A stretch of 64,000 nucleotides of DNA from Candidatus Nomurabacteria bacterium RIFOXYB1_FULL_39_16 (GTDB lineage Bacteria; Patescibacteriota; Minisyncoccia; Phycocordibacterales; UBA9973), in contig MFWB01000008.1 in the NCBI GenBank assembly GCA_001787205.1, forward strand, positions 101,644-165,643. Direction: 5' to 3'. The notes beneath the pieces were generated by a model. It searched no databases. It saw nothing but the letters and a program-made list of their open reading frames with translations, and was not told the DNA's origin. Numbering within the stretch: position 1 is the first letter of the stretch; each line of letters starts with the position of its first letter. The translations under genes and the position numbers were made by a program. Shown one piece after another: positions 1-10,501 of the stretch.

Positions 1-1
1 T

Positions 2-100
2 ATTTTAGAGAAGGGTGATAAATTTAAAGATTTTAATGGAACTGAATATAAAATAGTAAAAGGTGAAGACGGAGAACTTTCTATTCATAAGCACCATTAA
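2..100 (+). CDS. 3' end of a hypothetical protein (truncated by window edge)
   Basis: Open frame ILEKGDKFKDFNGTEYKIVKGEDGELSIHKHH* ending TAA 4 nt before pheS. Confidence 0.55.
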   Translation: MLEKGDKFKDFNGTEYKIVKGEDGELSIHKHH

Positions 101-104
101 ATAA

Positions 105-815
105 ATGAACGAAGAAAATCAAAAAGGCAAAGAACATCCACTTTCTATAGTAATAAACTCGGCTGTAATGATTTTTACCGACCTGGGATTTGAAGTTGTG
201 GTGGGTCCCGAACTGGAAGATGTTTGGCATAATTTTGATGCGTTAAATGTTCCCAAAGACCATCCGGCGCGAGATATGCAAGATACTTTTTATATAAAGG
301 GAGAAGAAGGAAAAGTGCTAAGAACTCACACTTCCAATGTACAGATCAGATATATGGAGGACTTTGCAAAATCGGGCAAAAAACCACCGTTTGCGATTAT
401 TTCAGTTGGTAAGTGTTTTCGCAATGAAGCAACTGATGCGACTCACGAAATGCAATTTTATCAGATTGAGGGACTAATGATTGGAGAAAATATCTCAATG
501 GCAAATCTAAAAGGAGTACTTTCTCATTTTTATAAAGAAGTGCTTGGGGAAGACACCAATCTTCGTTTCCGTCCGAGTTTTTTCCCCTTCGTTGAACCCG
601 CGATAGAATTTGATTTAACTTATAAAGGTAAATGGATTGAAATGGGTGGGGCGGGCATGGTGCATCCGAAAGTTTTAGAAAATTGCGGAATTGACTCAGA
701 AAAATACCAAGGTTTTGCCTTTGGTCCGGGGCTTGAAAGACTTATGGTCATAAAGTACGTAATGCCTGACATTCGGGATGCTTATCATGGCGATTTGAGG
801 TTTAATCAATTTTAA
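105..815 (+). CDS. pheS: Phenylalanine--tRNA ligase alpha subunit (short form lacking the N-terminal coiled coil)
   Basis: Motifs NFDALNVPKDHPARDMQDTFY, LRTHTS, FRNEATDATH, FFPFVEP, GLERL. Confidence 0.97.
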   Translation: MNEENQKGKEHPLSIVINSAVMIFTDLGFEVVVGPELEDVWHNFDALNVPKDHPARDMQDTFYIKGEEGKVLRTHTSNVQIRYMEDFAKSGKKPPFAIISVGKCFRNEATDATHEMQFYQIEGLMIGENISMANLKGVLSHFYKEVLGEDTNLRFRPSFFPFVEPAIEFDLTYKGKWIEMGGAGMVHPKVLENCGIDSEKYQGFAFGPGLERLMVIKYVMPDIRDAYHGDLRFNQF

Positions 816-819
816 ATAT

Positions 820-2652
820 ATGAAAGTTTCTTATAGTTGGCTACAAAATTATTTTGAAGAAAAATTACCGGAATCAGAAAAAATTTCTGAAGGTATTATT
901 TTTCATTCTTTTGAAATAGAGGAAACTGAAAAGATGGGAAACGATGTAGTTTTTGATATTAAAGTTCTTCCGGATAGAGCACATGACTGTCTTTCGCATT
1001 GGGGAATTGCCAAAGAAATTTCAGCTATTTTTGATTTAAAAATTAAAGATAAAAAATATAAAATTTTTGAACCAAAGCCAACTGAGCTTGAAATTAAAAT
1101 AGAAGATGAAAAATGTCTTCGCTATATGGGGCGAATGGTGAAAAATGTGGAAGTCAGCGAGAGCCCCGCTTGGCTTAAAGAAAAATTAAACGCGATAGGA
1201 CAGAAGTCTATAAATAATATCGTGGATGCCGCTAATTTTATGATGTTTGATTTAGGGCAGCCGATTCACTGTTTTGACCTAGACAAATTAGAAAGTGCAA
1301 AAATTATTGTCCGAAATGCAATTGCAGGAGAAGAAATTAATTTATTAGGAATTGAAAAAATTGGTAATTTGCAAAAGTCTAGATCGGTTTTATTGAGTCA
1401 AAACGATTTGGTTATCGCAGACGAAAAGGGCCCACTAGCTATTGCTGGGATAAAAGGAGGGACCAAGGCGGAAGTGGATAATAATACAAAAAATATAGTT
1501 ATAGAGGTGGCCAATTTCAATTCTGTTACCACTAGAAAAACCGCTAAAAAATTAAATATTTTGACAGATGCGGTAAAGAGATATGAAAACGAGATATCTC
1601 CAGAACTTTGTACAAAAGTTATGGATGCTATTACTGACTTGGTTTTTGAGTTAGGGGGAGGAGAAGTGGAAGACACTATTGATAAATATCCCAAGAAAGT
1701 TGAACAAAAAAAAGTTTCCGTTTCAATAAATTATATAAACAAGCGTTTGGGCGCGAGTTTCTCTAAGGCGGAAATGGAGAGTGTTTGGAAGAAATTGAAT
1801 TTTACATATATAGTCAAAGATGGTGACTTTGAAATTGAAATTCCTTATTTGAGAATTGACCTTACTGGGCCACACGATTTAGTAGAGGAAGTGATTAGGA
1901 TTTTGGGATATGACAGACTTGAAGAAAAATTACCTGAAATTAAATTAGAATCAAAAATGAATGAAACATATTCTAAAATGTTCTTGGCTCGCAACAAGCT
2001 TCTAGGAGAAGGATATTCCGAAGTGATGACTTATACTTTTCGTGATAAGGGAGAGGTGGAAGTCTTAGCCTCCGCTTCCGACAAAAAATTTCTCAGGACA
2101 AATTTGAGTGATGGTTTGAGGGAGAGCCTAAAATTAAACCAGCTTAATGCGCCACTTCTCGGAATGAAAGAAATAAAGATTTTTGAAATTGGAACAATAT
2201 TCAAAAAGGGCGGGGAGGAAATGTGCGTGGCTTACGGAGACAAAAAGGGAATAAAAGAAATGAAACTTAATGAGTATGCGGAATCGGCAAAGTTATTTTT
2301 GAATGGTCTGGCTGGGGTAGGGGACCCAGAGAACCGAGGACCTGAAAAAATGACTTTGCCGATGAAGTTCAAAATGTGGTCTCTGTTTCCATTCATCGCG
2401 CGAGATATTGCTGTATGGGTTCCAGAGAATATTTTGAGTGAAGAAGTAGAAAAGATTATAAAAGAAAATGCAGGAGATATGGTGGTACGAGGCCCGGAGC
2501 TTTTTGATGAGTTCAAAAAGGAAGGACAAATATCGTATGCCTTCAGGTTAGTTTTCCAATCTTTTGAAAGTACTCTTACGGATCAAGAGATAAATGATGT
2601 TATGACTAAAGTATCTGATAAATTAAAAGAAAGAGATTGGCAGGTTAGATAA
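820..2652 (+). CDS. pheT: Phenylalanine--tRNA ligase beta subunit (compact, apparently lacking the B2 OB domain)
   Basis: MKVSYSWL start, PDRAHDCLSHWGIAKE, INNIVDAANF, DLVEEVIRILGYD, C-terminal FDX-ACB (RDIAV...SYAFRL). Confidence 0.96.
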   Translation: MKVSYSWLQNYFEEKLPESEKISEGIIFHSFEIEETEKMGNDVVFDIKVLPDRAHDCLSHWGIAKEISAIFDLKIKDKKYKIFEPKPTELEIKIEDEKCLRYMGRMVKNVEVSESPAWLKEKLNAIGQKSINNIVDAANFMMFDLGQPIHCFDLDKLESAKIIVRNAIAGEEINLLGIEKIGNLQKSRSVLLSQNDLVIADEKGPLAIAGIKGGTKAEVDNNTKNIVIEVANFNSVTTRKTAKKLNILTDAVKRYENEISPELCTKVMDAITDLVFELGGGEVEDTIDKYPKKVEQKKVSVSINYINKRLGASFSKAEMESVWKKLNFTYIVKDGDFEIEIPYLRIDLTGPHDLVEEVIRILGYDRLEEKLPEIKLESKMNETYSKMFLARNKLLGEGYSEVMTYTFRDKGEVEVLASASDKKFLRTNLSDGLRESLKLNQLNAPLLGMKEIKIFEIGTIFKKGGEEMCVAYGDKKGIKEMKLNEYAESAKLFLNGLAGVGDPENRGPEKMTLPMKFKMWSLFPFIARDIAVWVPENILSEEVEKIIKENAGDMVVRGPELFDEFKKEGQISYAFRLVFQSFESTLTDQEINDVMTKVSDKLKERDWQVR

Positions 2653-2877
2653 ATTTACTTTTATCAAATATATGCTACAATACCCTCGTGAATAATTCAC
2701 AAACAAACAAGCCAAATTTCTTTATTATTAAACTTCTCTCTAAATTAGAAGGCTGATGTTTGCGCTGTAAAAACTCTCAAAACAAAATTACAACCCAAAC
2801 ACTAGCCTTCTAAAGAAAAGGCTATTTTGTTCCTTGCGTGCTCCCGGCATTACGGGGGAGAAAGAGAAGAGACGATC

Positions 2878-3078
2878 ATGCCACAAACCGATAGTGCTCA
2901 CTGGCGGAGCAATCCCTGTCTCGTGGACAACTGCCCGACCCCTCCTCTCAAAAGTCGCAGGAAAGGACCACCCAGCTCTTTCCTCTCCCAATCCCCTCAA
3001 GATGAGAGGGAGCAGGAAATCGTCGTCGCCCCCCTTCCTGACGACGTTCACCGTAACTGCAACCACGTCGGCGAGTAG
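2878..3078 (+). CDS. Small GC-rich orphan protein (66 aa)
   Basis: ATG after purine-rich GGGGGAGAAAGAGAAGAG, GC-rich relative to flanks, followed by a strong hairpin; no recognisable family. Confidence 0.4.
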   Translation: MPQTDSAHWRSNPCLVDNCPTPPLKSRRKGPPSSFLSQSPQDEREQEIVVAPLPDDVHRNCNHVGE

Positions 3079-3103
3079 CCGGCTGCAACATCAGGGGAAT
3101 CAG

Positions 3104-3135
3104 GCCGTCGCGTTCGCGCGACGGCTTTCTCTATT
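3104..3135 (+). terminator. Intrinsic terminator with UUCG loop
   Basis: GCCGTCGCG-TTCG-CGCGACGGC followed by TTTCTCTATT. Confidence 0.7.
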
Positions 3136-3193
3136 TTTATCCCCAAAAACTCAATAAATTTTGACTAGTAAATGCAGTAAATATTTGCTATAA

Positions 3194-5287
<2,094 letters not shown>

Positions 5288-5289
5288 AG

Positions 5290-5745
5290 ATGGAACTTAG
5301 TAAAAAAACAAAAGAATACTGGGAAGACCGTGATTGGAAAGACTTGGAAAAAGTGGAAAGTGCGGCAGATTTGTACGCCATTGCCGAAAGAATTATTGCT
5401 CATATGGAAAAGCCATTAGTTCAAGTTTGTGGTCCGGTGGGAACCGGAGGGTTGGGCTCGGTAGAAAAAAATCTAGAAGTTTTCAACGATACGATAATAC
5501 AATTGCAGGGAAAGAGGCTGAATGTTTTTGATCAAATGCCTTTCGAAGATCAAATGCAAAATTTAAAAAAGAAATTTTCAACCGAAAAAGTTGTAAACGA
5601 TATTTTAAATGATTTTTATTTACCTATATTTAAATCCGGAGCTATTTCTGCATTTTATTTTATGCCCAATTGGCAAACATCTTTTGGTGCAAGATGGGAA
5701 CACGAAGAAGCTAAAAAACTCGGTATAAAAATAGTTTATTTGTAA
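5290..5745 (+). CDS. DUF4406-like (nucleoside deoxyribosyltransferase-like fold) protein
   Basis: VQVCGP and MPNWQTSFGARWEHEEAKKLGIKIVYL patterns typical of DUF4406. Confidence 0.6.
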   Translation: MELSKKTKEYWEDRDWKDLEKVESAADLYAIAERIIAHMEKPLVQVCGPVGTGGLGSVEKNLEVFNDTIIQLQGKRLNVFDQMPFEDQMQNLKKKFSTEKVVNDILNDFYLPIFKSGAISAFYFMPNWQTSFGARWEHEEAKKLGIKIVYL

Positions 5746-5754
5746 ATAGAAAAA

Positions 5755-5949
5755 TTATTGAGCTATCTTTTTAGGAACAATAATAGCGGCGATGATATAC
5801 CCGATGATTGCTGGGATGAAGGCTGTCAGGATTGCTATCAATACATAAGCGAGACGTAGCAAGGTGGGGTCTACTTCAAAGTATTCTCCAGTTCCACCGA
5901 GTACCCCAGAAATGATTTTGTTTGTGTCACTTTTATATAATCTTTTCAT
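5755..5949 (-). CDS. PspC domain membrane protein
   Basis: KRLYKSDTNKIISGVLGGTGEYFEVDPTLLRL followed by a TM segment. Confidence 0.9.
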   Translation of the reverse strand: MKRLYKSDTNKIISGVLGGTGEYFEVDPTLLRLAYVLIAILTAFIPAIIGYIIAAIIVPKKIAQ

Positions 5950-5953
5950 AAAA

Positions 5954-7702
5954 TTATTTTTTATTTTTAATTTCTTCTAAAAACTTTGAGAGTAGTTCTT
6001 CTTTTGACATCTGTCCGAGTTGTCCGGCATCGCGAGATTCTAATGTAACTTTATTAGCTTCTATTTCCTTATCTCCAATGACTATCCAGTAGGGGAGCTT
6101 GTTATTTTTCGCATCACGAACTTTTCCACCCAAATTTGCTTCCTCGTCGTCTAATTCTACTCTGATATTATTTTCTTTTAACAAATTAAATATTTCTTTT
6201 GCGTATTCGTTATGATTTTCTCGCACAGGAATAACTTTCACTTGTACCGGTGAAAGCCAGAGAGGGAAGTTGCCGGCAAGGTGTTCAATTAAAACCGCGA
6301 GAAACCTTTCTATTGATCCCATGATAGCTGCATGAACCATCACAATACGTTCTTGTTCTCCTTTTTCATTAATACAATATAAATTAAATCTCTCTGGCAT
6401 ATTCATATCAAGCTGAATCGTGGCTACTTGATGGTCTCTTCCTATAGCATCTTTGGCTAAGAAGTCTATTTTGGGCCCATAAAATGCGGCTTCCCCAAGT
6501 GCTTCAATGGCTTTTTCTCCATTTTCTTCAATAATTTTTCTTAAAGCATTTTCTGAATTTTGCCACACCTCTTCTGTTCCCAAATAAGCTTGCATGTTTT
6601 TTGGGTCATGGAGAGATAAACGAGGTTTTAATATAAAACCGAAGGACCCATAAAATGTTTTTACTATTTTATAAATTTTTCTCATTTCTTCTCCGGATTG
6701 ATTTAATCTGCAAAATACATGTGCATCATCTTGCGTAATAGAACGCACCCTGGATAATCCTCCAAGTTCACCAGTTTGTTCATCACGATACACTTTTGTA
6801 GTTTCAGCATATGCTTGGGGAAGCTCCTTGTAACTCCATTGTTTACGGTTATAAATTTGCGTATGGTGTGGGCAGTTCATCGGCTTCATAGCAAATACAT
6901 GTTCTTCGCGAGTATTTATTTTAAATAAATCATCCTTAAATTTTTCCCAGTGTCCAGAAGTTTCATAAAGTTCTTTTTTGGTTATGTGTGGAATATCTAC
7001 TTTTACATATCCTGCAGCTTTGCGTAATTCCCACACAAAACCATCCAATAAATCTCTTAATATTGTTCCGTTGGGCGTAAAAAGAGGAAGACCGGCTCCC
7101 ACTAAATCAGAAAAAGTAAATAAATCTAATTCCTTTCCCAATTTCTTATGATCTCTTTTTTCTGCCTCCTCTCTTTGTTTAAGATAAGCATCCAATTCTT
7201 CTTTATTTTCAAAAGCGAGTCCATAAATACGCGTGAGCATTTTATTTTTCTCGTCTCCTCGCCAGTACGCTCCGGCGACACGGTCTAGTTTAAAGGAATC
7301 AGGATTTATTTCCTTGCTTGGATTTTCCAAGTGTCCTCCACGACACAAATCCGTGAATCCTCCGCAGGTGTATACAGTGATTTTTTCTCCACGGTCGGCT
7401 ATTTCATTTATTAATTCTACCTTGTATTCATTCTTGAAAAAGTTTGTAGCTTCTTCTTTAGAAATTTCTTTGTGTTCAAATTCCGTCCATTTGGGCAAAA
7501 TTTTACGCATTCTGTCTTCAATTTTCTTTAAATCGCTGTCCGCCACCTTTTCACCGCAAAAATCAATATCGTAATAAAAACCGTTATCTATTGAGGGGCC
7601 GAGGGTGAGTTTAATTTTATCAAATTTATAAATTTCTCCCACAGCCGCTGCGAGCAGGTGAGCCAAGGTATGCCTTAAATTGTTTAATTTGTCTTTTTCC
7701 AT
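5954..7702 (-). CDS. thrS: Threonine--tRNA ligase
   Basis: RHTLAHLLA, DLCRGGH, AGAYWRGD, KRDHKKLG, KPMNCPHH, GEAAFYGPKID, GSIERF. Confidence 0.98.
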   Translation of the reverse strand: MEKDKLNNLRHTLAHLLAAAVGEIYKFDKIKLTLGPSIDNGFYYDIDFCGEKVADSDLKKIEDRMRKILPKWTEFEHKEISKEEATNFFKNEYKVELINEIADRGEKITVYTCGGFTDLCRGGHLENPSKEINPDSFKLDRVAGAYWRGDEKNKMLTRIYGLAFENKEELDAYLKQREEAEKRDHKKLGKELDLFTFSDLVGAGLPLFTPNGTILRDLLDGFVWELRKAAGYVKVDIPHITKKELYETSGHWEKFKDDLFKINTREEHVFAMKPMNCPHHTQIYNRKQWSYKELPQAYAETTKVYRDEQTGELGGLSRVRSITQDDAHVFCRLNQSGEEMRKIYKIVKTFYGSFGFILKPRLSLHDPKNMQAYLGTEEVWQNSENALRKIIEENGEKAIEALGEAAFYGPKIDFLAKDAIGRDHQVATIQLDMNMPERFNLYCINEKGEQERIVMVHAAIMGSIERFLAVLIEHLAGNFPLWLSPVQVKVIPVRENHNEYAKEIFNLLKENNIRVELDDEEANLGGKVRDAKNNKLPYWIVIGDKEIEANKVTLESRDAGQLGQMSKEELLSKFLEEIKNKK

Positions 7703-7724
7703 ATATTTTAAAAATTATTAATAA

Positions 7725-7888
7725 AATTAAAATCGCCCCGACAAAAATGAATGATTTTTCATTTTTGTCGGGGCGAGTCTACTTCGCGGTTCCACCCAAC
7801 TTTGTTCTTTTTATTAAATATTTACAGATTAGCCGTTTTGGTTCTGTTTTAAACAGAATTATGGTTGGTAGCCACAACAATCTCTATA
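7725..7888 (-). promoter_or_regulatory. T-box riboswitch leader of thrS
   Basis: Minus-strand GGGTGGAACCGCG T-box motif (7785-7797), long terminator hairpin 7733-7776 followed by a T-run, candidate Thr specifier ACC at 7840-7842, TTGACA...TATTAT promoter just upstream. Confidence 0.82.
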
Positions 7889-7979
7889 TATCCTAATAAT
7901 ATCAAAGACAATTTTTTTGTCAAAGGTTTCGCATAGGTCCAAGTTCTCGTATAGTTTAATTGTATTATTTTCCCAATAT

Positions 7980-8007
7980 CCCCATTTCAGCCATGGCGTA
8001 AATGGGG
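7980..8007. repeat. Palindromic repeat copy 1 (near-perfect)
   Basis: CCCCATTTCAGCCATGGCGTAAATGGGG; differs from copy 2 only by a CA/AC swap. Confidence 0.9.
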
Positions 8008-8028
8008 TAACGGTAGTATTATTTGTGT

Positions 8029-8400
8029 ATGAGTCCTAGATTCTATAAAGGTATGCAAGTAAACGCTTTTGGCTTGCCAGTTTTTAAAAATGGTAGAAAA
8101 AGTCGCGCAAAGACAAAAAACAGGAAAAAATCTTTTTATTACACTACCTTCTCTTCACCTTTTGAGAAAAATTCTTCTAAAAATTTAATCGTTATGTATG
8201 ATGTTCCCCATGTACAGAAAAAAGAGCGTGACTGGTTTCGCAGGCATTTAATAAAATTTGAATATATTATGATTCAAAAAAGTGTGTGGGTCGGACCGTC
8301 GCCATTGCCCAAGGAGTTCTTGAATTATTTAGAAGAAATAAAGATAGGGGACAAGTTTAGAACGTTTAAATTGGCGAAGTCTTATACAGGGAAGCTTTAA
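8029..8400 (+). CDS. Cas2/PaaX-central-domain-like (VapD/ferredoxin-fold) protein, not in a cas locus
   Basis: LIVMYDVP...RDWFRRHL..FEYIMIQKSVWV pattern; ATG 8029 lies 6 nt after TATTAT. Confidence 0.75.
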   Translation: MSPRFYKGMQVNAFGLPVFKNGRKSRAKTKNRKKSFYYTTFSSPFEKNSSKNLIVMYDVPHVQKKERDWFRRHLIKFEYIMIQKSVWVGPSPLPKEFLNYLEEIKIGDKFRTFKLAKSYTGKL

Positions 8401-8409
8401 TTTTGATAA

Positions 8410-8441
8410 AGCCCCATTTACGCCATGGCGTAAATGGGGCT
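8410..8441. repeat. Palindromic repeat copy 2 (perfect 32-bp palindrome)
   Basis: AGCCCCATTTACGCCA|TGGCGTAAATGGGGCT. Confidence 0.92.
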
Positions 8442-8541
8442 AATGAGGTTAATAGAGAAGATTTCATTTTTGTTTATAAACCAACGATTATTTTGCTCAG
8501 TATTTTGCATTTCATCTTTAATATGCTAGGATAAGTCTATT

Positions 8542-8772
8542 ATGGTAGTACGAATGAGACATACAAAATCGCATACGAAAAACAGGCGTTCTCACCATGC
8601 ATTGGAGAGTACGAGTTTTACAAAGTGCGAAAATTGCAAAGCTTTAAAGAGACGCCACACAGTCTGCATTTCTTGCGGTTTCTATCGGGGTAAGAAAGTC
8701 ATAGATTTGATTAAAAAGACTGAAAAAAAGCAGAAAAAGCAAAAGGCGAAAAAAGTGGAAGCAGGTAAATAG
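8542..8772 (+). CDS. rpmF: 50S ribosomal protein L32
   Basis: RHTKSHTKNRRSH, CENC...HTVCISCGFYRGK zinc motif. Confidence 0.93.
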   Translation: MVVRMRHTKSHTKNRRSHHALESTSFTKCENCKALKRRHTVCISCGFYRGKKVIDLIKKTEKKQKKQKAKKVEAGK

Positions 8773-8775
8773 CGA

Positions 8776-8845
8776 TTAGGCCTTAGGCCCTAGGCACTAG
8801 CATTTTAGAAAAGCTAAAGCCTAAAGCCTAGAGCTTAGCGCCTAA
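8776..8845. repeat. Inverted arrays of 7-nt tandem repeats
   Basis: TTAGGCC TTAGGCC CTAGGCA CTAGC then AAGCTAA AGCCTAA AGCCTAG AGCTTAG CGCCTAA. Confidence 0.75.
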
Positions 8846-8849
8846 ACAA

Positions 8850-9776
8850 ATGGCAAATAGGCACCTTTCAAGATCAATAGTACTTCAGACGCTTTTTGAG
8901 TGGGATTTTAAATCTGACACAAAAAAAGAGGATATTTCCGTGGAAAGCGAGATTAAAGACGCGCTGAAAAGAAATCTAAAAGAGTTTGCCCCCGGTTTTG
9001 AAGACGATGCTTTCGTTTTTTCTCTGATGGACAAGGTGCTAAAAAAGCGCGCGACGATTGACGAGATTATAGAAAAAGCCGCGCCAGATTGGCCTATAGA
9101 TAAAATTTCCGTTATTGACAGGAATATCCTAAGAATAGGATTGACCGAGCTTCTTTTTGGCGACAGAAATGAAGTTCCTCCGAAGGTGGCCATCAATGAA
9201 GCGATAGAATTAGCAAAAACTTTCGGCGGAGAAAATTCGGGGAAATTCATCAATGGCGTCTTGGGCGCGGTTTATAAAGAAATAGGCGAACCTGGCAAAG
9301 AGCAAGTCAGTAAAACAAAAAAGCATGAAGAACCGGTGGACATCACAAAATTGCCGGTTGAGGCGTTGGGTGGCGCTTTGGTTTATACACAAAAAGAAGG
9401 AAATATTTTATTCGCCTTCGTGCATGATGTTTTCGGTTACTGGACTTTATCCAAGGGGAAAATTGAGCCGGGCGAAGACGTGAAAGATGGTACCAAGAGG
9501 GCCATTAAAAAAGAAATTGGACTTGATATTGAGATAGAGATGGAATTGGGGAAGAATGAATATGTGGCGACTCATCCAGAAAAAGGTAAAAGTTTAAAGA
9601 AAGTCGTTTACTTTTTGGCGAAAAGCGAAGACAAGGAGCTAGAGCTTGAAAAGTCCGGTGGATTGGATGGGGCTCGCTGGTTTGAACTGTCAGCCATTCC
9701 GGAGCTTCGCATTTACAATGACATTATTCCGCTTATCAGCAAGGCTATTGAAATATTAAGCGGTAAAAATTTATAA
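8850..9776 (+). CDS. nusB: Transcription antitermination factor NusB with C-terminal NUDIX-like domain
   Basis: RHLSRSIVLQTLF, IDRNILRIG, VAINEAIELAKTFG, KFINGVLG; C-terminal WTLSKGKIEPGE...KEIGL. Confidence 0.92.
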   Translation: MANRHLSRSIVLQTLFEWDFKSDTKKEDISVESEIKDALKRNLKEFAPGFEDDAFVFSLMDKVLKKRATIDEIIEKAAPDWPIDKISVIDRNILRIGLTELLFGDRNEVPPKVAINEAIELAKTFGGENSGKFINGVLGAVYKEIGEPGKEQVSKTKKHEEPVDITKLPVEALGGALVYTQKEGNILFAFVHDVFGYWTLSKGKIEPGEDVKDGTKRAIKKEIGLDIEIEMELGKNEYVATHPEKGKSLKKVVYFLAKSEDKELELEKSGGLDGARWFELSAIPELRIYNDIIPLISKAIEILSGKNL

Positions 9777-9793
9777 AATATAAAATAAAACTT

Positions 9794-10489
9794 ATGATTC
9801 AATTTTTAGATTTTGAGAAAAAAACCAAGGTAATTTTTAAAGACAAAAATTTATTAAAACAGGCTTTTATCCACCGTTCATATATAAATGAGAACGGTGC
9901 ATCCTCTCTTTCACACAATGAACGACTGGAATTTCTGGGCGATGCGGTGCTTGAACTCGTTGTAACCGATTTTCTTTATAAAAAATATCCAAACTATACG
10001 GAAGGCGAGCTTACGGCGGTGCGTTCCGCCTTGGTCAATGCCATCATCATTTCGGAAATTGCGGGAGATGTCGGGATGAACGATTATTTGCTTTTGTCTA
10101 AAGGAGAAGCGAAAGATTTCGGCAAGGCCAGGCAATATATCCTAGCGAATACCTTTGAAGCGTTCATCGGAGCGATGTATCTGGATCAGGGGTATGAAGT
10201 GGTGGATAAATTCATCGCGAAGACTCTTTTGCCCAAGACGGAAGAAATAGTAAAGAAAAAGCTTTGGCGTGATGCAAAGTCCCTGGTGCAAGAAAAAGCG
10301 CAAGAATTCGTGTCTGTCACTCCTTTATATAAAGTTTTACACGAATCAGGTCCGGACCACGACAAGCACTTTACCGTCGGCGTTTATTTCGGCGGGGAAT
10401 TAATCACTGAAGGCAAAGGCAAATCAAAACAAGAGGCCGAACAAAGCGCCGCCCTGGCAGCCCTAAAGCTGAAAAATTGGCTGGATTAA
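9794..10489 (+). CDS. rnc: Ribonuclease III
   Basis: HNERLEFLGDAVL signature; dsRBD GPDHDKHF...GKSKQEAEQSAA. Confidence 0.98.
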   Translation: MIQFLDFEKKTKVIFKDKNLLKQAFIHRSYINENGASSLSHNERLEFLGDAVLELVVTDFLYKKYPNYTEGELTAVRSALVNAIIISEIAGDVGMNDYLLLSKGEAKDFGKARQYILANTFEAFIGAMYLDQGYEVVDKFIAKTLLPKTEEIVKKKLWRDAKSLVQEKAQEFVSVTPLYKVLHESGPDHDKHFTVGVYFGGELITEGKGKSKQEAEQSAALAALKLKNWLD

Positions 10490-10501
10490 ATATAAAATAT
10501 T

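Noticed and set aside
7980-8441. CRISPR array or CRISPR-Cas locus around the Cas2-like gene
   Set aside because: Only two repeats about 400 bp apart, no spacers of 30-40 nt, and no cas1 or effector genes in the window
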